Shown piece by piece: positions 50,410 through 59,790 of a DNA stretch of 64,000 bases. A program made the translations under genes and the position numbers. Below the pieces are notes generated by a model. That model was not told where the DNA came from. It ran no database searches and worked only from the letters and a program-made list of their open reading frames with translations. Source of the DNA: an uncultured bacterium (GTDB taxonomy: Bacteria; Verrucomicrobiota; Kiritimatiellia; RFP12; UBA3636); the NCBI GenBank assembly GCA_902761575.1, contig CACWKU010000001.1, positions 22,435 to 86,434 on the forward strand, in the 5' to 3' direction. How positions within the stretch are numbered: position 1 is the stretch's first letter; every line of letters begins with the position of its first letter.

Positions 50410-53025
50410 CTAGTTCTTCGCGGGCGTGCCGGCGCCGGCGCCGGCCTTGAACTCCATCCTGCTCAGGCGCTGGAGCTGAAGGACGGTGAAGCCGATCAGC
50501 ATGGAGCCGAGCACCCAGGCCATCGCCGTGGCGGGACCGAAGCGCAGGTAGCCGAACGCCTCCCAGAAGATGTGCAGCCCGACGACCTCCGTCGCGCCGT
50601 ACGGCGTGTAGGGGCCGCCGCCCGTCATCGCGAGCACGAACTCGCCGCCGCTCTTCATCGCGCCGATCGCGGCGCCGACGAAGTTGATCAGGATCAGCGA
50701 CCGGATGCCCGGCAGCGCCACGTGGCGGATCTTGCCGAAGAGGCCCGAGCCCTCGAGCTCGGCCGCCTCGTAGAGGTCGTCCGGGACGGTCTTGAGGGCC
50801 GCGAGGTACACGAGGCAGCCCGGCCCCATGCCGGCCCAGATCGTCGGCAGGAGGCACAGCAGGAGCGCCGCCTTCGGCTCGGAGAGCCAGGCCTTCGCGA
50901 GGTCCGGATAGGAGGTGCCGAACACGTAGTTCACGGCGTGGACGCAGCCGTTGATCATCTGGTTGAGGGCGCCGTAGGGACCGTAGAAGCCCTTCCAGAG
51001 GAAGATCACGACAACGCCCGAGAGCACGGCGGGGAGGTAGTAGATCGTGCGGTAGAGGATCTTGCCGCGCGGCACCTCGGAGAGGAGCAGGGCGAGGACG
51101 ATCGGCGCGACGAACCCGAGCCCGAGGTAGAGCGCGGCGTATTCCGCGGAGACGAGCATCGCGTGCCAGAACTCGCCGCTGAAGAGGACGTTGGCGAAGT
51201 TGTCGAGCCCGACCCACTGCGAGTAGCCGCGGACGTTGTAGTCCTGGAACGCCATCGCCGTGCCGCGCGCGAGCGGCCAGTAGGACCAGACCGCGAGCGA
51301 GAGCAGCGCGGGGAGCAGCAGCAGGTAGGCGGCGCCGCGCCCGGAGTCGTTGCGGCGCGAGCCGCCCGCCGGGTCGCGCGGGACCGCGGCGGCGAAGGTG
51401 CGCATCACGCGGCGGAAGACGAAGAAGAACGCGAGCGCCATGCCGACGACGACGACCGCCGCGACGCGGCGGCGGAAGCGCATCTTCTCCGGCGGCACGC
51501 GCCCGATCATCTTCTCGTCGGCGAGCGCGACGCGCTCGCGCAGGATCGCGCCGATGCGCTCGCGCGCGGCGGGGACGTCGCCGCGGCGGATGGCGTCGCG
51601 CACGGCGCCGTCGTTGCGCGCCTGGTCGATGGCGCGGGACATGTAGGTGTAGACGAGCTGGCAGTTGCGGCCGTAGGGCTCGGGGACGCCGTTCTCGCGC
51701 GCGACGGCGGCGGCCTCGTCCCAGCCCTCGGGGCAGGCGAAGGCCTCCGGGTCGAAGCCCGCCTCGCGCAGCGCGGAGGGCGGGACGAAGCGGCCGAGGC
51801 CGTTCTCGACGTAGGTGCGCGTCCGGATCTTGCGCGCCTCGCGCCCGCCCATGAACCACGCCCACTCCCACGCGAGCTCCGGCACGCGCGGGTCGCGGTC
51901 GCCGCTGCCGGCGTAGACGCCGAGCATGCCGCAGTTGTACTCGCTGCCGCGGCGGCCGGACGGGCCGCGGGGCACCGGGCCGAAGCCGATCAGGTTCGGG
52001 TCGATCTGCTGGAAGGTGTCCTGGTCGAGGTAGGAGAACCACATCGCGGAGCGCTGGCCGGGCGTGAAGGCCTCGCCCGTGTCGACGCACGTCGGGAGCG
52101 TGCCGCAGGCGTTGGTGAAGGGCTCCAGGTAGAGGCGGCAGACGAACGCGTAGGCGTCCGCCGCCTCGGGCGAGTCGAACGCGCAGCGCCAGGCGCCGTC
52201 CGCGTCGCGCTTCACGGCTCGGCCGCCCCACGAGTAGAGGAACGAGAGCGTGCTCCAGCCCGTCTCGCCGGTCGGGAGCGAGAGGCCCCAGGTCTTGTCC
52301 GCCGGGTTCGTGACGCGGCGCGCCCAGTCGAGGAGCTCGTCCGCCGTCTCCGGCACGCGGTCCGGGAGCCCCGCCTCCGAGAAGACGTCGCGCCGGTAGA
52401 AGAGCGCCATCACGAGCTGCTTGTGCGGGACGGCGAAGGTGTGGAAGTGCTCCGCGCACGGCTCGCGGCCCCATTCGCGCAGGTAGGGGCAGTCCTCGCC
52501 CCACGGGCACTCGCGGCGGATGACGTCCCACAGCACGGGCGGGAGGCGGTCGCGCAGCTCCTCCTCGAAGCGCGGGCCGGTCCGGAGCAGGTCGAGATAC
52601 TCCGGGTTGGGGAGCCGGTGCGCCTCGCGCGTCGCCTCCGGCGAGAGGCCGTCCTCCCGCTCGAGCCAGGCGTCGAGCGGCATCAGGAAGCGGTTGCGGA
52701 CGTAGGTGTCGGACTGGCGGAAGTTCACGTACATCGCGTCCGGCGCGACGTCGCCCGCAATCTGCATGAGCGGGGTCGTGTCCATCGCGCGACCGCCGGG
52801 CAGGACGAGCCCGCCGGAGGACTCGAGCCGCGCCTCGGGGTGCAGCGCGCGGAAGGCGTCCGCGACGCGGACGGAGCATTCGCCCTCGACGCCCTGCGGC
52901 TCGCCGCTGGGGACGCCCCACGAGCGCACGACGGGCGGGCCGTCCTCCGCCGCCGCGAACGCGGCGCACGCGAGGAGGACGGCGATCGCCGGCAGGCGAC
53001 GGAAGGGACGGATCGTTGCGTTCAT
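50410..53025 (-). CDS. ABC transporter fusion protein: family-1 sugar-binding periplasmic domain fused to a MalF/UgpA-type permease domain
   Basis: Start MNATIRPFRRLPAIAVLLACAAFAAA at 53023-53025. Permease EAA loop EAAELEGSGLFGKIRHVALP. No partner permease or ATPase gene adjacent. Confidence 0.6.
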   Translation of the reverse strand: MNATIRPFRRLPAIAVLLACAAFAAAEDGPPVVRSWGVPSGEPQGVEGECSVRVADAFRALHPEARLESSGGLVLPGGRAMDTTPLMQIAGDVAPDAMYVNFRQSDTYVRNRFLMPLDAWLEREDGLSPEATREAHRLPNPEYLDLLRTGPRFEEELRDRLPPVLWDVIRRECPWGEDCPYLREWGREPCAEHFHTFAVPHKQLVMALFYRRDVFSEAGLPDRVPETADELLDWARRVTNPADKTWGLSLPTGETGWSTLSFLYSWGGRAVKRDADGAWRCAFDSPEAADAYAFVCRLYLEPFTNACGTLPTCVDTGEAFTPGQRSAMWFSYLDQDTFQQIDPNLIGFGPVPRGPSGRRGSEYNCGMLGVYAGSGDRDPRVPELAWEWAWFMGGREARKIRTRTYVENGLGRFVPPSALREAGFDPEAFACPEGWDEAAAVARENGVPEPYGRNCQLVYTYMSRAIDQARNDGAVRDAIRRGDVPAARERIGAILRERVALADEKMIGRVPPEKMRFRRRVAAVVVVGMALAFFFVFRRVMRTFAAAVPRDPAGGSRRNDSGRGAAYLLLLPALLSLAVWSYWPLARGTAMAFQDYNVRGYSQWVGLDNFANVLFSGEFWHAMLVSAEYAALYLGLGFVAPIVLALLLSEVPRGKILYRTIYYLPAVLSGVVVIFLWKGFYGPYGALNQMINGCVHAVNYVFGTSYPDLAKAWLSEPKAALLLCLLPTIWAGMGPGCLVYLAALKTVPDDLYEAAELEGSGLFGKIRHVALPGIRSLILINFVGAAIGAMKSGGEFVLAMTGGGPYTPYGATEVVGLHIFWEAFGYLRFGPATAMAWVLGSMLIGFTVLQLQRLSRMEFKAGAGAGTPAKN

Positions 53026-53105
53026 CGAAAGGGGTTCCAAGGGTTGTGTCGCGGTCCCGCGGCCGGCCCGGATCCGATCGCCCCGACCCGCCGAAGACGG
53101 AACCG

Positions 53106-53163
53106 ATGCTATCACCTCGCGCGCGTTGCGGGTAGGGACGGACCGCCCAAAAAGCGGTAAATC
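53106..53163 (-). promoter_or_regulatory. promoter of the ABC fusion gene: -10 TAGCAT plus upstream ATTTACCGCTTTTTGGG element
   Basis: rc ATGCTA at 53106-53111. Element GCGGTAAAT at 53155-53163. Confidence 0.5.
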
Positions 53164-53231
53164 CGAGCAATGCCCGCCATTCTACCACAACTCCCCCGTC
53201 CCGCGCCAACCCGCCCCTGCGGCGGCGTGGC

Positions 53232-54626
53232 TCAGGCGAAGTGCGAGAGCGGCGCCTTGCCGATGGCGCGGACGTGGAACCCGAGCTCGAAGAGCTCGCG
53301 GCGGTCGAGGCAGTTGCGGCCGTCGAAGACGAAGGCCGGCTTGCGCATCCTCGCGAAGATCCGCGCCCAGTCGAGCTCCGGGAACTGGCGCCAGTCCGTG
53401 AGGACCGCGACGGCGTCCGCGCCCTCGACGGCCGTGTAGGGATCCTCCTCGAACGAGACGAGGTCGCCGTGGCGCGCGAGCTCCTTCCGCGCGTTCGGGA
53501 GCGCGTAGGGGTCGCACACGACGAGCTGCGCGCGCTCCTCGGCGAGCAGGTCCGCGACGACCTTCGCGGGCGTCTCGCGCGTGTCGGACGTGTCCGCCTT
53601 GAACGCGTAGCCGAGGATCGCGATGCGCTTGCCCGCGACGGTGTTGAACATCGCGTGGACCATCTCGGCGACGAAGCGCGTCTCCTGGTGCTCGTTCATC
53701 TCGACGACGGAGTTCCAGTAGGCCGCGGCCTCCGTCAGGCCCCGCTGCTCGCAGAGGTAGACGAGGTTGAGGATGTCCTTCTTGAAGCACGAGCCGCCGA
53801 AGCCCACGCCGGCGCGGAGGAACTTCGGCCCGATGCGCGAGTCGCGGCCGATGGCGCGCGCGACCTCGTCGACGTCGGCGCCCGTCTTCTCGCACAGCTC
53901 CGTGAGCGCGTTCACGCTCGAGATGCGCTGGGCGAGGAAGGCGTTGGCGGCGAGCTTCGAGAGCTCGGAGGACCAGACGTTGGTGGTGAGGATGCGGTCG
54001 CGCGGCACCCACTCGGCGTAGATGTCGACGACCGCCTCGCGCGCGGCGGCGCCGGTCGGGGTCTCGTCGGAGCCGACGAGCACGCGGTCGGGCTTCTCGA
54101 GGTCGGCGATCGCGGTGCCCTCGGCGAGGAACTCGGGGTTGGAGAGCACCTCGAAGCGGTGCGCGCCGCCGGACTCGAGCACGCGCTTCATCGCCGTCGC
54201 GGTGCGGACGGGGAGCGTGCTCTTCTCGACCACGATCAGGTCGTGCGTCGCGCACTCGCGGATCTCGTGCGCGGTCTTCTCCCAGTACTGCAGGTCGGCC
54301 GCGCGCCCGGCGCCCTGGCCGAAGGTCTTGGTGGGCGTGTTGACCGCGACGAACACGACGTCCGCCTCCGCGATCGCGGCGGGGATGTCGGTCGAGAAGA
54401 AGAGGTTGCGCCCGAGCGTCTCCGCGACGACCTCCTTGAGGCCGGGCTCGTAGAACGGGAGCGCGTCGGACTGCCACGCGGCGATGCGCTTCGCGTCGAT
54501 GTCGACGACCGTGACCTTGCGGTCCGGGCACTTTTTGGCGATCATCGCCATCGTGGGGCCGCCGACGTAGCCGGCGCCGATGCACAGGATGTTCGTGAGC
54601 TTTTTCGGGGTCTTGACGGTCTTCAT
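53232..54626 (-). CDS. ugd: UDP-glucose 6-dehydrogenase, long eukaryote-type form
   Basis: Start MKTVKTPKKLTNILCIGAGYVGG. Motifs GGSCFKKD, NPEFLAEGTAI. Long identical stretches to animal UGDH as I recall it. Confidence 0.85.
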   Translation of the reverse strand: MKTVKTPKKLTNILCIGAGYVGGPTMAMIAKKCPDRKVTVVDIDAKRIAAWQSDALPFYEPGLKEVVAETLGRNLFFSTDIPAAIAEADVVFVAVNTPTKTFGQGAGRAADLQYWEKTAHEIRECATHDLIVVEKSTLPVRTATAMKRVLESGGAHRFEVLSNPEFLAEGTAIADLEKPDRVLVGSDETPTGAAAREAVVDIYAEWVPRDRILTTNVWSSELSKLAANAFLAQRISSVNALTELCEKTGADVDEVARAIGRDSRIGPKFLRAGVGFGGSCFKKDILNLVYLCEQRGLTEAAAYWNSVVEMNEHQETRFVAEMVHAMFNTVAGKRIAILGYAFKADTSDTRETPAKVVADLLAEERAQLVVCDPYALPNARKELARHGDLVSFEEDPYTAVEGADAVAVLTDWRQFPELDWARIFARMRKPAFVFDGRNCLDRRELFELGFHVRAIGKAPLSHFA

Positions 54627-54706
54627 GGTCTGGATGGTCTGGATGGTCGGGATGGTCGGGATGGTCAGAGGGTCAGAGGGTCGGGATGGTCCTGATGGTC
54701 GGGAGG
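54627..54706 (-). repeat. nine tandem 8/9-nt GACCATCCN units filling the whole ugd 5-prime leader up to the ATG
   Basis: Sense strand reads GACCTCCC GACCATCAG GACCATCCC GACCCTCT GACCCTCT GACCATCCC GACCATCCC GACCATCCA GACCATCCA GACC-ATG. Confidence 0.9.
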
Positions 54707-55648
54707 TCACCGCTCCACGCGCATCGGGTTCTCGAGGAAGTCCCTGTAGGCGAGCTTGAGGCCGTCCTCGAGGGAGGTCTTCGGCCTCCAGCCGAGGGCG
54801 ATGGAGCGGGAGAGGTCGAGCAGCTTGCGCGGCGTGCCGTTCGGGCGGGTGCGGTCCCAGCGGATCTCGCCCTCGTAGCCGACGGTGCGCGCGACGAGCT
54901 CGGAGAGCGCCTTGATCGTGATCTCGCGCCCGGAGCCGGCGTTGATCGGGTCGTCGCCGTGGTAGCGCTCCATCACGAGGAGGCAGAGGTCGGCCAGGTC
55001 GTCCACGTAGAGGAACTCGCGAAGCGGCGAGCCGTCGCCCCAGCAGGTCACGAAGGGCGCCTTCGCCTCCTTCGCCTCGTGGAAGCGGCGGATCAGCGCG
55101 GGCAGGACGTGGCTGTGCTCCGGGTGGTAGTTGTCGTTCGGGCCGTAGAGGTTCGTCGGCATCACGGAGACGTAGTCCGCGCCGTGCTGGCGGTTGAGGT
55201 AGGCGCAGTACTTGAGGCCCGCGATCTTCGCGAGCGCGTAGCCCTCGTTCGTCGGCTCGAGCGCGCTCGTGAGCAGGCAGGACTCCGGCATCGGCTGCGG
55301 CGCGAACTTCGGGTAGATGCACGACGAACCGAGGAAGAGGAGCTTCCGGCAGCCGTTCCTCCACGCGGCGTGGATCGCGTTCATCTCCAGCATCGCGTTG
55401 TCGTAGAGGAAGTCCGCCGGCGCGGCGGCGTTCGCCGCGATGCCGCCGACCTTCGACGCGGCGAGGAAGACGTAGTCCGGCCTCTCCTCCGCGAAGAAGG
55501 CGTCCGTGGCGCGCTGGTCGCGCAGGTCGAGCTCCGCGTGCGAGCGGACGACGATGTTCTCGAAGCCGCGGCGCTTCAGCGCGCGGATGATGGCGGAGCC
55601 GACCATCCCGCGATGGCCTGCGACGTAGATCTTGGCGTTTGGTTCCAT
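54707..55648 (-). CDS. fcl: GDP-L-fucose synthase (GDP-4-keto-6-deoxymannose 3,5-epimerase/4-reductase)
   Basis: Track ORF. N-terminus [15 protein letters not shown]. Motifs YxxxK and LYGPNDNY. Confidence 0.8.
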   Translation of the reverse strand: MEPNAKIYVAGHRGMVGSAIIRALKRRGFENIVVRSHAELDLRDQRATDAFFAEERPDYVFLAASKVGGIAANAAAPADFLYDNAMLEMNAIHAAWRNGCRKLLFLGSSCIYPKFAPQPMPESCLLTSALEPTNEGYALAKIAGLKYCAYLNRQHGADYVSVMPTNLYGPNDNYHPEHSHVLPALIRRFHEAKEAKAPFVTCWGDGSPLREFLYVDDLADLCLLVMERYHGDDPINAGSGREITIKALSELVARTVGYEGEIRWDRTRPNGTPRKLLDLSRSIALGWRPKTSLEDGLKLAYRDFLENPMRVER

Positions 55649-55687
55649 GGTCTGGATGGTCCGATGGTCCGGATGGTCCGATGGTCA
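55649..55687 (-). repeat. four tandem GACCATC(G/CN) units forming the fcl 5-prime leader
   Basis: Sense strand reads GACCATCG GACCATCCG GACCATCG GACCATCCA GACC-ATG. Confidence 0.9.
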
Positions 55688-55804
55688 GAAGTGGCGCGCG
55701 GCATCATGAATTCGACATGGCGCGTTGCGATGGGCGCGGAGTCTAGCAGAGGGGTCGGCGGGAACGGAAGGGACGGAGTTGACCGTTTCTAGCACGATTT
55801 TGAC

Positions 55805-55833
55805 TTGCTTTCCGGGCGGGCCGATGATAGCAT
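55805..55833 (+). promoter_or_regulatory. candidate araC promoter TTGCTT-N17-TAGCAT with a very short leader
   Basis: Hexamers at 55805-55810 and 55828-55833. ATG at 55840. Confidence 0.35.
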
Positions 55834-55839
55834 GGACCC

Positions 55840-56691
55840 ATGAAACGTGCGCAGAACGAGGAGTCCGCCCCCCGGCGGCGGCTCTGCACACCGGACGGTT
55901 TTGCACGGTCGTCTCTCCTCCACGTGCAGGAGATCGGCGAGCTTGCTCCGTCACGTCCGATGACGAGCCGGCGCGCGGGATTCCCGTCGCTTCTCTTCCT
56001 GCTCGCCGAGTGGGGCGAAGGCGTGGTCCGCGAGGGCGCCGAGGAGCGTCCGCTGCGCGCCGGGGAGTGCGCGCTGCTGGACTGCCGCCGCGGGTGCGGA
56101 CACGCGACGGGCGAGCCGCCGTGGCGGCTCAAGTGGATCCACTTCGACGGACCCGGCGCGGCGGCGTTCGGCGAGAGATGGCGTGAGCGCGCCGGCGGAC
56201 CGGTCCTGCGCGCGACGTCGCCGGAGCGCTACCGGCGCGCGTGGGAGGAGGTCTGGGCCGCGGTCTCGTCGGAGGACGACCCGATCCGCGACCTCCGCGC
56301 GAACGAGGGGCTCGCCTCGCTCTGCACGCTGCTGATGCAGGACGCTCTCGGGACGGAGCCCGACCGGCGCGCGGAGCGCCTCGCGGCGGTGCGCTCCTGG
56401 ATCGATGCGCACTGCGCGGAGGAGGTCGCGCTCGACCGTCTCGCGGCGGTGGCGCACCTCAACAAGTACACGCTCGTGCGCGAGTTCCGCGCGCGGTACG
56501 GCGTGCCGCCGATGCGCGCCCTGGCGCAGGCTCGCGTCTCGAGGGCCAAGCGCCTGCTCCGCTTCACGGACGACACCGTCGAGACGATCGGCGCGGCGGT
56601 CGGAGTCCCCGACCCGAACTACTTCGCGCGCCTCTTCCGCCGCGTCGAGGGCCTCTCGCCGCGCGCCTTCCGCGAACGCTGGCGGGAATGA
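55840..56691 (+). CDS. AraC-family transcriptional regulator (cupin sensor + HTH)
   Basis: Track ORF. C-terminal HTH ...YTLVREFRARYGVPPMRALAQARVSRAKRLL. Confidence 0.75.
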   Translation: MKRAQNEESAPRRRLCTPDGFARSSLLHVQEIGELAPSRPMTSRRAGFPSLLFLLAEWGEGVVREGAEERPLRAGECALLDCRRGCGHATGEPPWRLKWIHFDGPGAAAFGERWRERAGGPVLRATSPERYRRAWEEVWAAVSSEDDPIRDLRANEGLASLCTLLMQDALGTEPDRRAERLAAVRSWIDAHCAEEVALDRLAAVAHLNKYTLVREFRARYGVPPMRALAQARVSRAKRLLRFTDDTVETIGAAVGVPDPNYFARLFRRVEGLSPRAFRERWRE

Positions 56692-56713
56692 CGCCCGCCC
56701 TTCCCCTGGTAGA

Positions 56714-57556
56714 ATGACGGACTTAGTTCCCAGACTCTCCTTCTCGACCCTCGGCTGCCCCGGATGGGACGCTTCGCGCATCGTCGAGACCGCCGTCGCC
56801 TCCGGCTACGGCGCCATCGACTTCCGAGGCTATCTCGACGACGTCGAGCTTCCCGAAAGCCCTGCCTTCCGCTCCGGCGCGCTCCGGGAGCTCGCCGCGC
56901 GCGTCCGCGACGCAGGTCTCGCGGTCTCGTGCCTCGGCAGCGGCGCGAAGATGACTGCCCCCGACGCCGCCGCCCGCGCGCGAGAGCTCGACACGATGCG
57001 CCGCTACGCCGACCTGTGCGCACCGCTCGGGTGCCGGCAGGTCCGCATCTTCGGCGGAGCGGCGGAGGAGATCGCGGACCCCGTCCAGAACGCGGCCGAA
57101 ACGCTCGTCGCGGCATCGGAGATCGCGCGGAACGCGGGGATCGAGTTCGCCGTCGAGACCCACGACTCCTGGACCGATACGGGGAAGCTGCGCGCGGCGT
57201 TCGACGCCGCGGGCCGTCCGGACGGCATCACGCTGCTCTGGGACGTCCACCATCCGTGGGCGGCGAAGGGCGAAGCGCCGGAGGTCTCGGCGCGGAATCT
57301 CGCGCCGTTCATCGGCAACACGCACTGGAAGGACTCCCGCCCGATGCCCGGCGGAAAGCGTCGGCTCTGCCTGCCGGGCGAGGGAGACGCGCCCCTGGGC
57401 TCGATCCTCGAAGCGCTCTCCTCCACCGGATACGACGGCTGGCTCACGTTCGAATGGGAGAAGCGCTGGCACCCCGAGATCGAGGAGCCCGAAGTCGCAA
57501 TCCCCGCGTTCGCGCGCTTCATGCGAGGCCTCTTCGCAAAGGCACTCGAGCCGTAG
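56714..57556 (+). CDS. sugar-phosphate isomerase/epimerase, xylose-isomerase-like TIM barrel
   Basis: Start MTDLVPRLSFSTLGCPGW, in frame with the longer track ORF 56405..57556. 22 nt after the AraC stop. Confidence 0.6.
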   Translation: MTDLVPRLSFSTLGCPGWDASRIVETAVASGYGAIDFRGYLDDVELPESPAFRSGALRELAARVRDAGLAVSCLGSGAKMTAPDAAARARELDTMRRYADLCAPLGCRQVRIFGGAAEEIADPVQNAAETLVAASEIARNAGIEFAVETHDSWTDTGKLRAAFDAAGRPDGITLLWDVHHPWAAKGEAPEVSARNLAPFIGNTHWKDSRPMPGGKRRLCLPGEGDAPLGSILEALSSTGYDGWLTFEWEKRWHPEIEEPEVAIPAFARFMRGLFAKALEP

Positions 57557-57573
57557 GGGCGCGCCGGAGTCCG

Positions 57574-59790
57574 TCAGCGAACGTCGATCCGCGCGGAGGC
57601 GCGGAGGGAGGCGGAGAGCTCGAATTCGCCCGCCTCGAAGCGGCGGGTGCCGTCGGGCTGCATCGCGGCGAGATCCTTGCGCGAGAGCGACAGCTTCACC
57701 GTCTTCGTCTCGCCCGGCTTCAGCGAGACCTTCTCGAATCCGACGACGCGCCGCACCGGCTGGGTGCTCGTGCTCTCGAGGTCCGAGAGATACCAGATCA
57801 CGGTCTCCGCGCCGGCGCGCCTGCCGGCGTTCCTCACCGTCACGGACGCCTCGACGCGCCCGCCGCGGCGCACGGCGGCCTTCGCCTTCCCGTATTCGAA
57901 CGTCGTGTAGGAGAGGCCGTAGCCGAACGGCAGCCACGGGTCGTTCTCGTGCGGACAGTCGAGGTAGTCGAAGAGGTTCTCGCGGCTGCGCGGCTGGGCG
58001 TTGTAGAACACCGGGATCTGCCCGACGGCGCGCGGGAAGGTCATCGCGAGGCGGCCGGAGGGGTTCGCGGCGCCGGTGACGAGCTCCCACGCGGCCTGGG
58101 CGGCGCGCGAGCCGCCCTGCCAGAGGTAGAGGATCGCGTCGAGCTTCGCGGCGGTCTCGGAAAACGCGAGCGGACGTCCCGCGGCGACGAGGCCGACGAG
58201 CGGCCGGCCGGTCTCCGCGAGGGCGTCGACGAGCGCCTCCTGCGCGGGCGAGAGGCGGATGTCGCGGCGCGACTTGTATTCGCCCGAGAGCCAGCCCGGC
58301 TCGCCGAGCGCGACGACGACGACGTCCGCGGCGCGCGCGGCGCGGACCGCCTTCGCGATCGCGGCGCGGTCCGGCGGCAGGCCCGGATCGAGGATCGAGC
58401 CCTCGACGAAGTCGACCGTACGCAGCCGCGGCGCGCCCTCGGGCGGCAGCGCGCAGCCCGGCGCGTAGTCGATCCTCGCGTTCGGGAAGAAGCGCGCGGC
58501 CTCGTCCCGGAGCGACGGCGTCTCCTCGTGGTTCTTCGCGCACATCGCCGCCCACGTGCCGACGAGCGCGGGGCAGTCGTCCGCCGCCGGGCCGACGAGC
58601 GCGAGGCGCTTCACCTTCCTCGGATCGAGCGGGAGCAGCCCCCCCTCGTTCTTGAGCAGGACGGCGCAGCCGCGCGCGCACTCGGCCGCGAGGTCGAGGT
58701 CGGCGGGCAGGCGGCAGGTCCTCTCGCGCGGGAGCTCGGGGACGTAGGGATGCTCGAAGAGGCCGCACTCGAACTTGACGCGCAGCACGCGCTCCACGGC
58801 GCGGTCGAGCACGTGCATCGGAAGGCGGCCGGCCTTGACGAGGGCCGGGATGTTGCGGAAGACGTCGTCCGACATGTCCATGTCGTTGCCGGCCGTGAGC
58901 GCGGCGAGCGTCTGGACGGCCGGGTCGGAGCTGTAATGCTGGATGCGCAGCTGCGAGACGGCGCCCCAGTCGGAGACGACGAAGCCGTCGAAGCCCCATT
59001 CGCCGCGGAGGATGTCCGTCAGCGTCTCCCGGTTCGCGACGGCGGGCGTGCCGTCGATGCAGTTGAAGGAGCTCATGAGCGTCCGCGCGCCGGCGCGCAC
59101 GCCCGCCTCGAACGGCGGCAGATACCACTCGCGCAGCGCCCGCGCCGAGATCTCCGTGTAGGAGTAGTCGCGCCCGCCCTCGCTCGCGCTGTAGCCGACG
59201 AAGTGCTTGAGGCAGGCGACGACGCGGCCCGGCTTCCGCAGGTCCGCGCGGCGGCGCCCCTGGTAGCCGCGGACGGCGGCCGCGGCGAAGACGCCGTTCG
59301 TGAACGGGTCCTCGCCGTAGCCCTCGACGTTGCGGCCCCAGCGCGGATCGTGCCCGACCTCGACCATCGGGGAGAAGGTCCAGTCGACGCCGCCGTCCGT
59401 CCAGCACTCGCGCGCCGCGACTCGGCACGCCCTCTCCGTGAGCGACGGGTCGAACGAGCAGGACTGCGCGAGCGGGACGGGGAAGCCCGTGCGCCAGCCG
59501 TGGATGACGTCGTAGCCCCAGAGGATCGGGATGCCGAGGCGCGTCCCCTCGACGGCCATGCGCTGGAACGCGTTGCGCGCGGCGGCGCCGCCGGTGAAGG
59601 AGAGGACGGAGCCGATCGTCGGGTCGAACGGATGGTCGGGCCCGACGTTGTTCGGATTGGTGTCGCGGCCGATCGGGTTCTGGATCAGCTGCGCGGCCTT
59701 CTCCTCGAGCGTCATGCGGCGGAGCAGGTCGCGCACGCGCGCCTCGGCGGGCTTCTTCGGATCCTTGTACGGGGGGAGTTTCGTTTTCAT
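57574..59790 (-). CDS. beta-glucosidase, GH3 (BglX-like), no signal peptide
   Basis: Start MKTKLPPYKDPKKPAEARVRDLLRRMTLEEKAAQL at 59788-59790. Nucleophile context GFDGFVVSDW. Confidence 0.8.
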   Translation of the reverse strand: MKTKLPPYKDPKKPAEARVRDLLRRMTLEEKAAQLIQNPIGRDTNPNNVGPDHPFDPTIGSVLSFTGGAAARNAFQRMAVEGTRLGIPILWGYDVIHGWRTGFPVPLAQSCSFDPSLTERACRVAARECWTDGGVDWTFSPMVEVGHDPRWGRNVEGYGEDPFTNGVFAAAAVRGYQGRRRADLRKPGRVVACLKHFVGYSASEGGRDYSYTEISARALREWYLPPFEAGVRAGARTLMSSFNCIDGTPAVANRETLTDILRGEWGFDGFVVSDWGAVSQLRIQHYSSDPAVQTLAALTAGNDMDMSDDVFRNIPALVKAGRLPMHVLDRAVERVLRVKFECGLFEHPYVPELPRERTCRLPADLDLAAECARGCAVLLKNEGGLLPLDPRKVKRLALVGPAADDCPALVGTWAAMCAKNHEETPSLRDEAARFFPNARIDYAPGCALPPEGAPRLRTVDFVEGSILDPGLPPDRAAIAKAVRAARAADVVVVALGEPGWLSGEYKSRRDIRLSPAQEALVDALAETGRPLVGLVAAGRPLAFSETAAKLDAILYLWQGGSRAAQAAWELVTGAANPSGRLAMTFPRAVGQIPVFYNAQPRSRENLFDYLDCPHENDPWLPFGYGLSYTTFEYGKAKAAVRRGGRVEASVTVRNAGRRAGAETVIWYLSDLESTSTQPVRRVVGFEKVSLKPGETKTVKLSLSRKDLAAMQPDGTRRFEAGEFELSASLRASARIDVR

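Noticed and set aside
54627-54706. GACCATCC repeats as coding sequence (the track ORF 53232..55364 reads them as ...TIPTIPTIQTIQTM...)
   Set aside because: The ugd, fcl and galE proteins have canonical N-termini starting at the ATG right after the repeats. The 8/9-nt mixed unit length breaks the frame in the fcl and galE copies.
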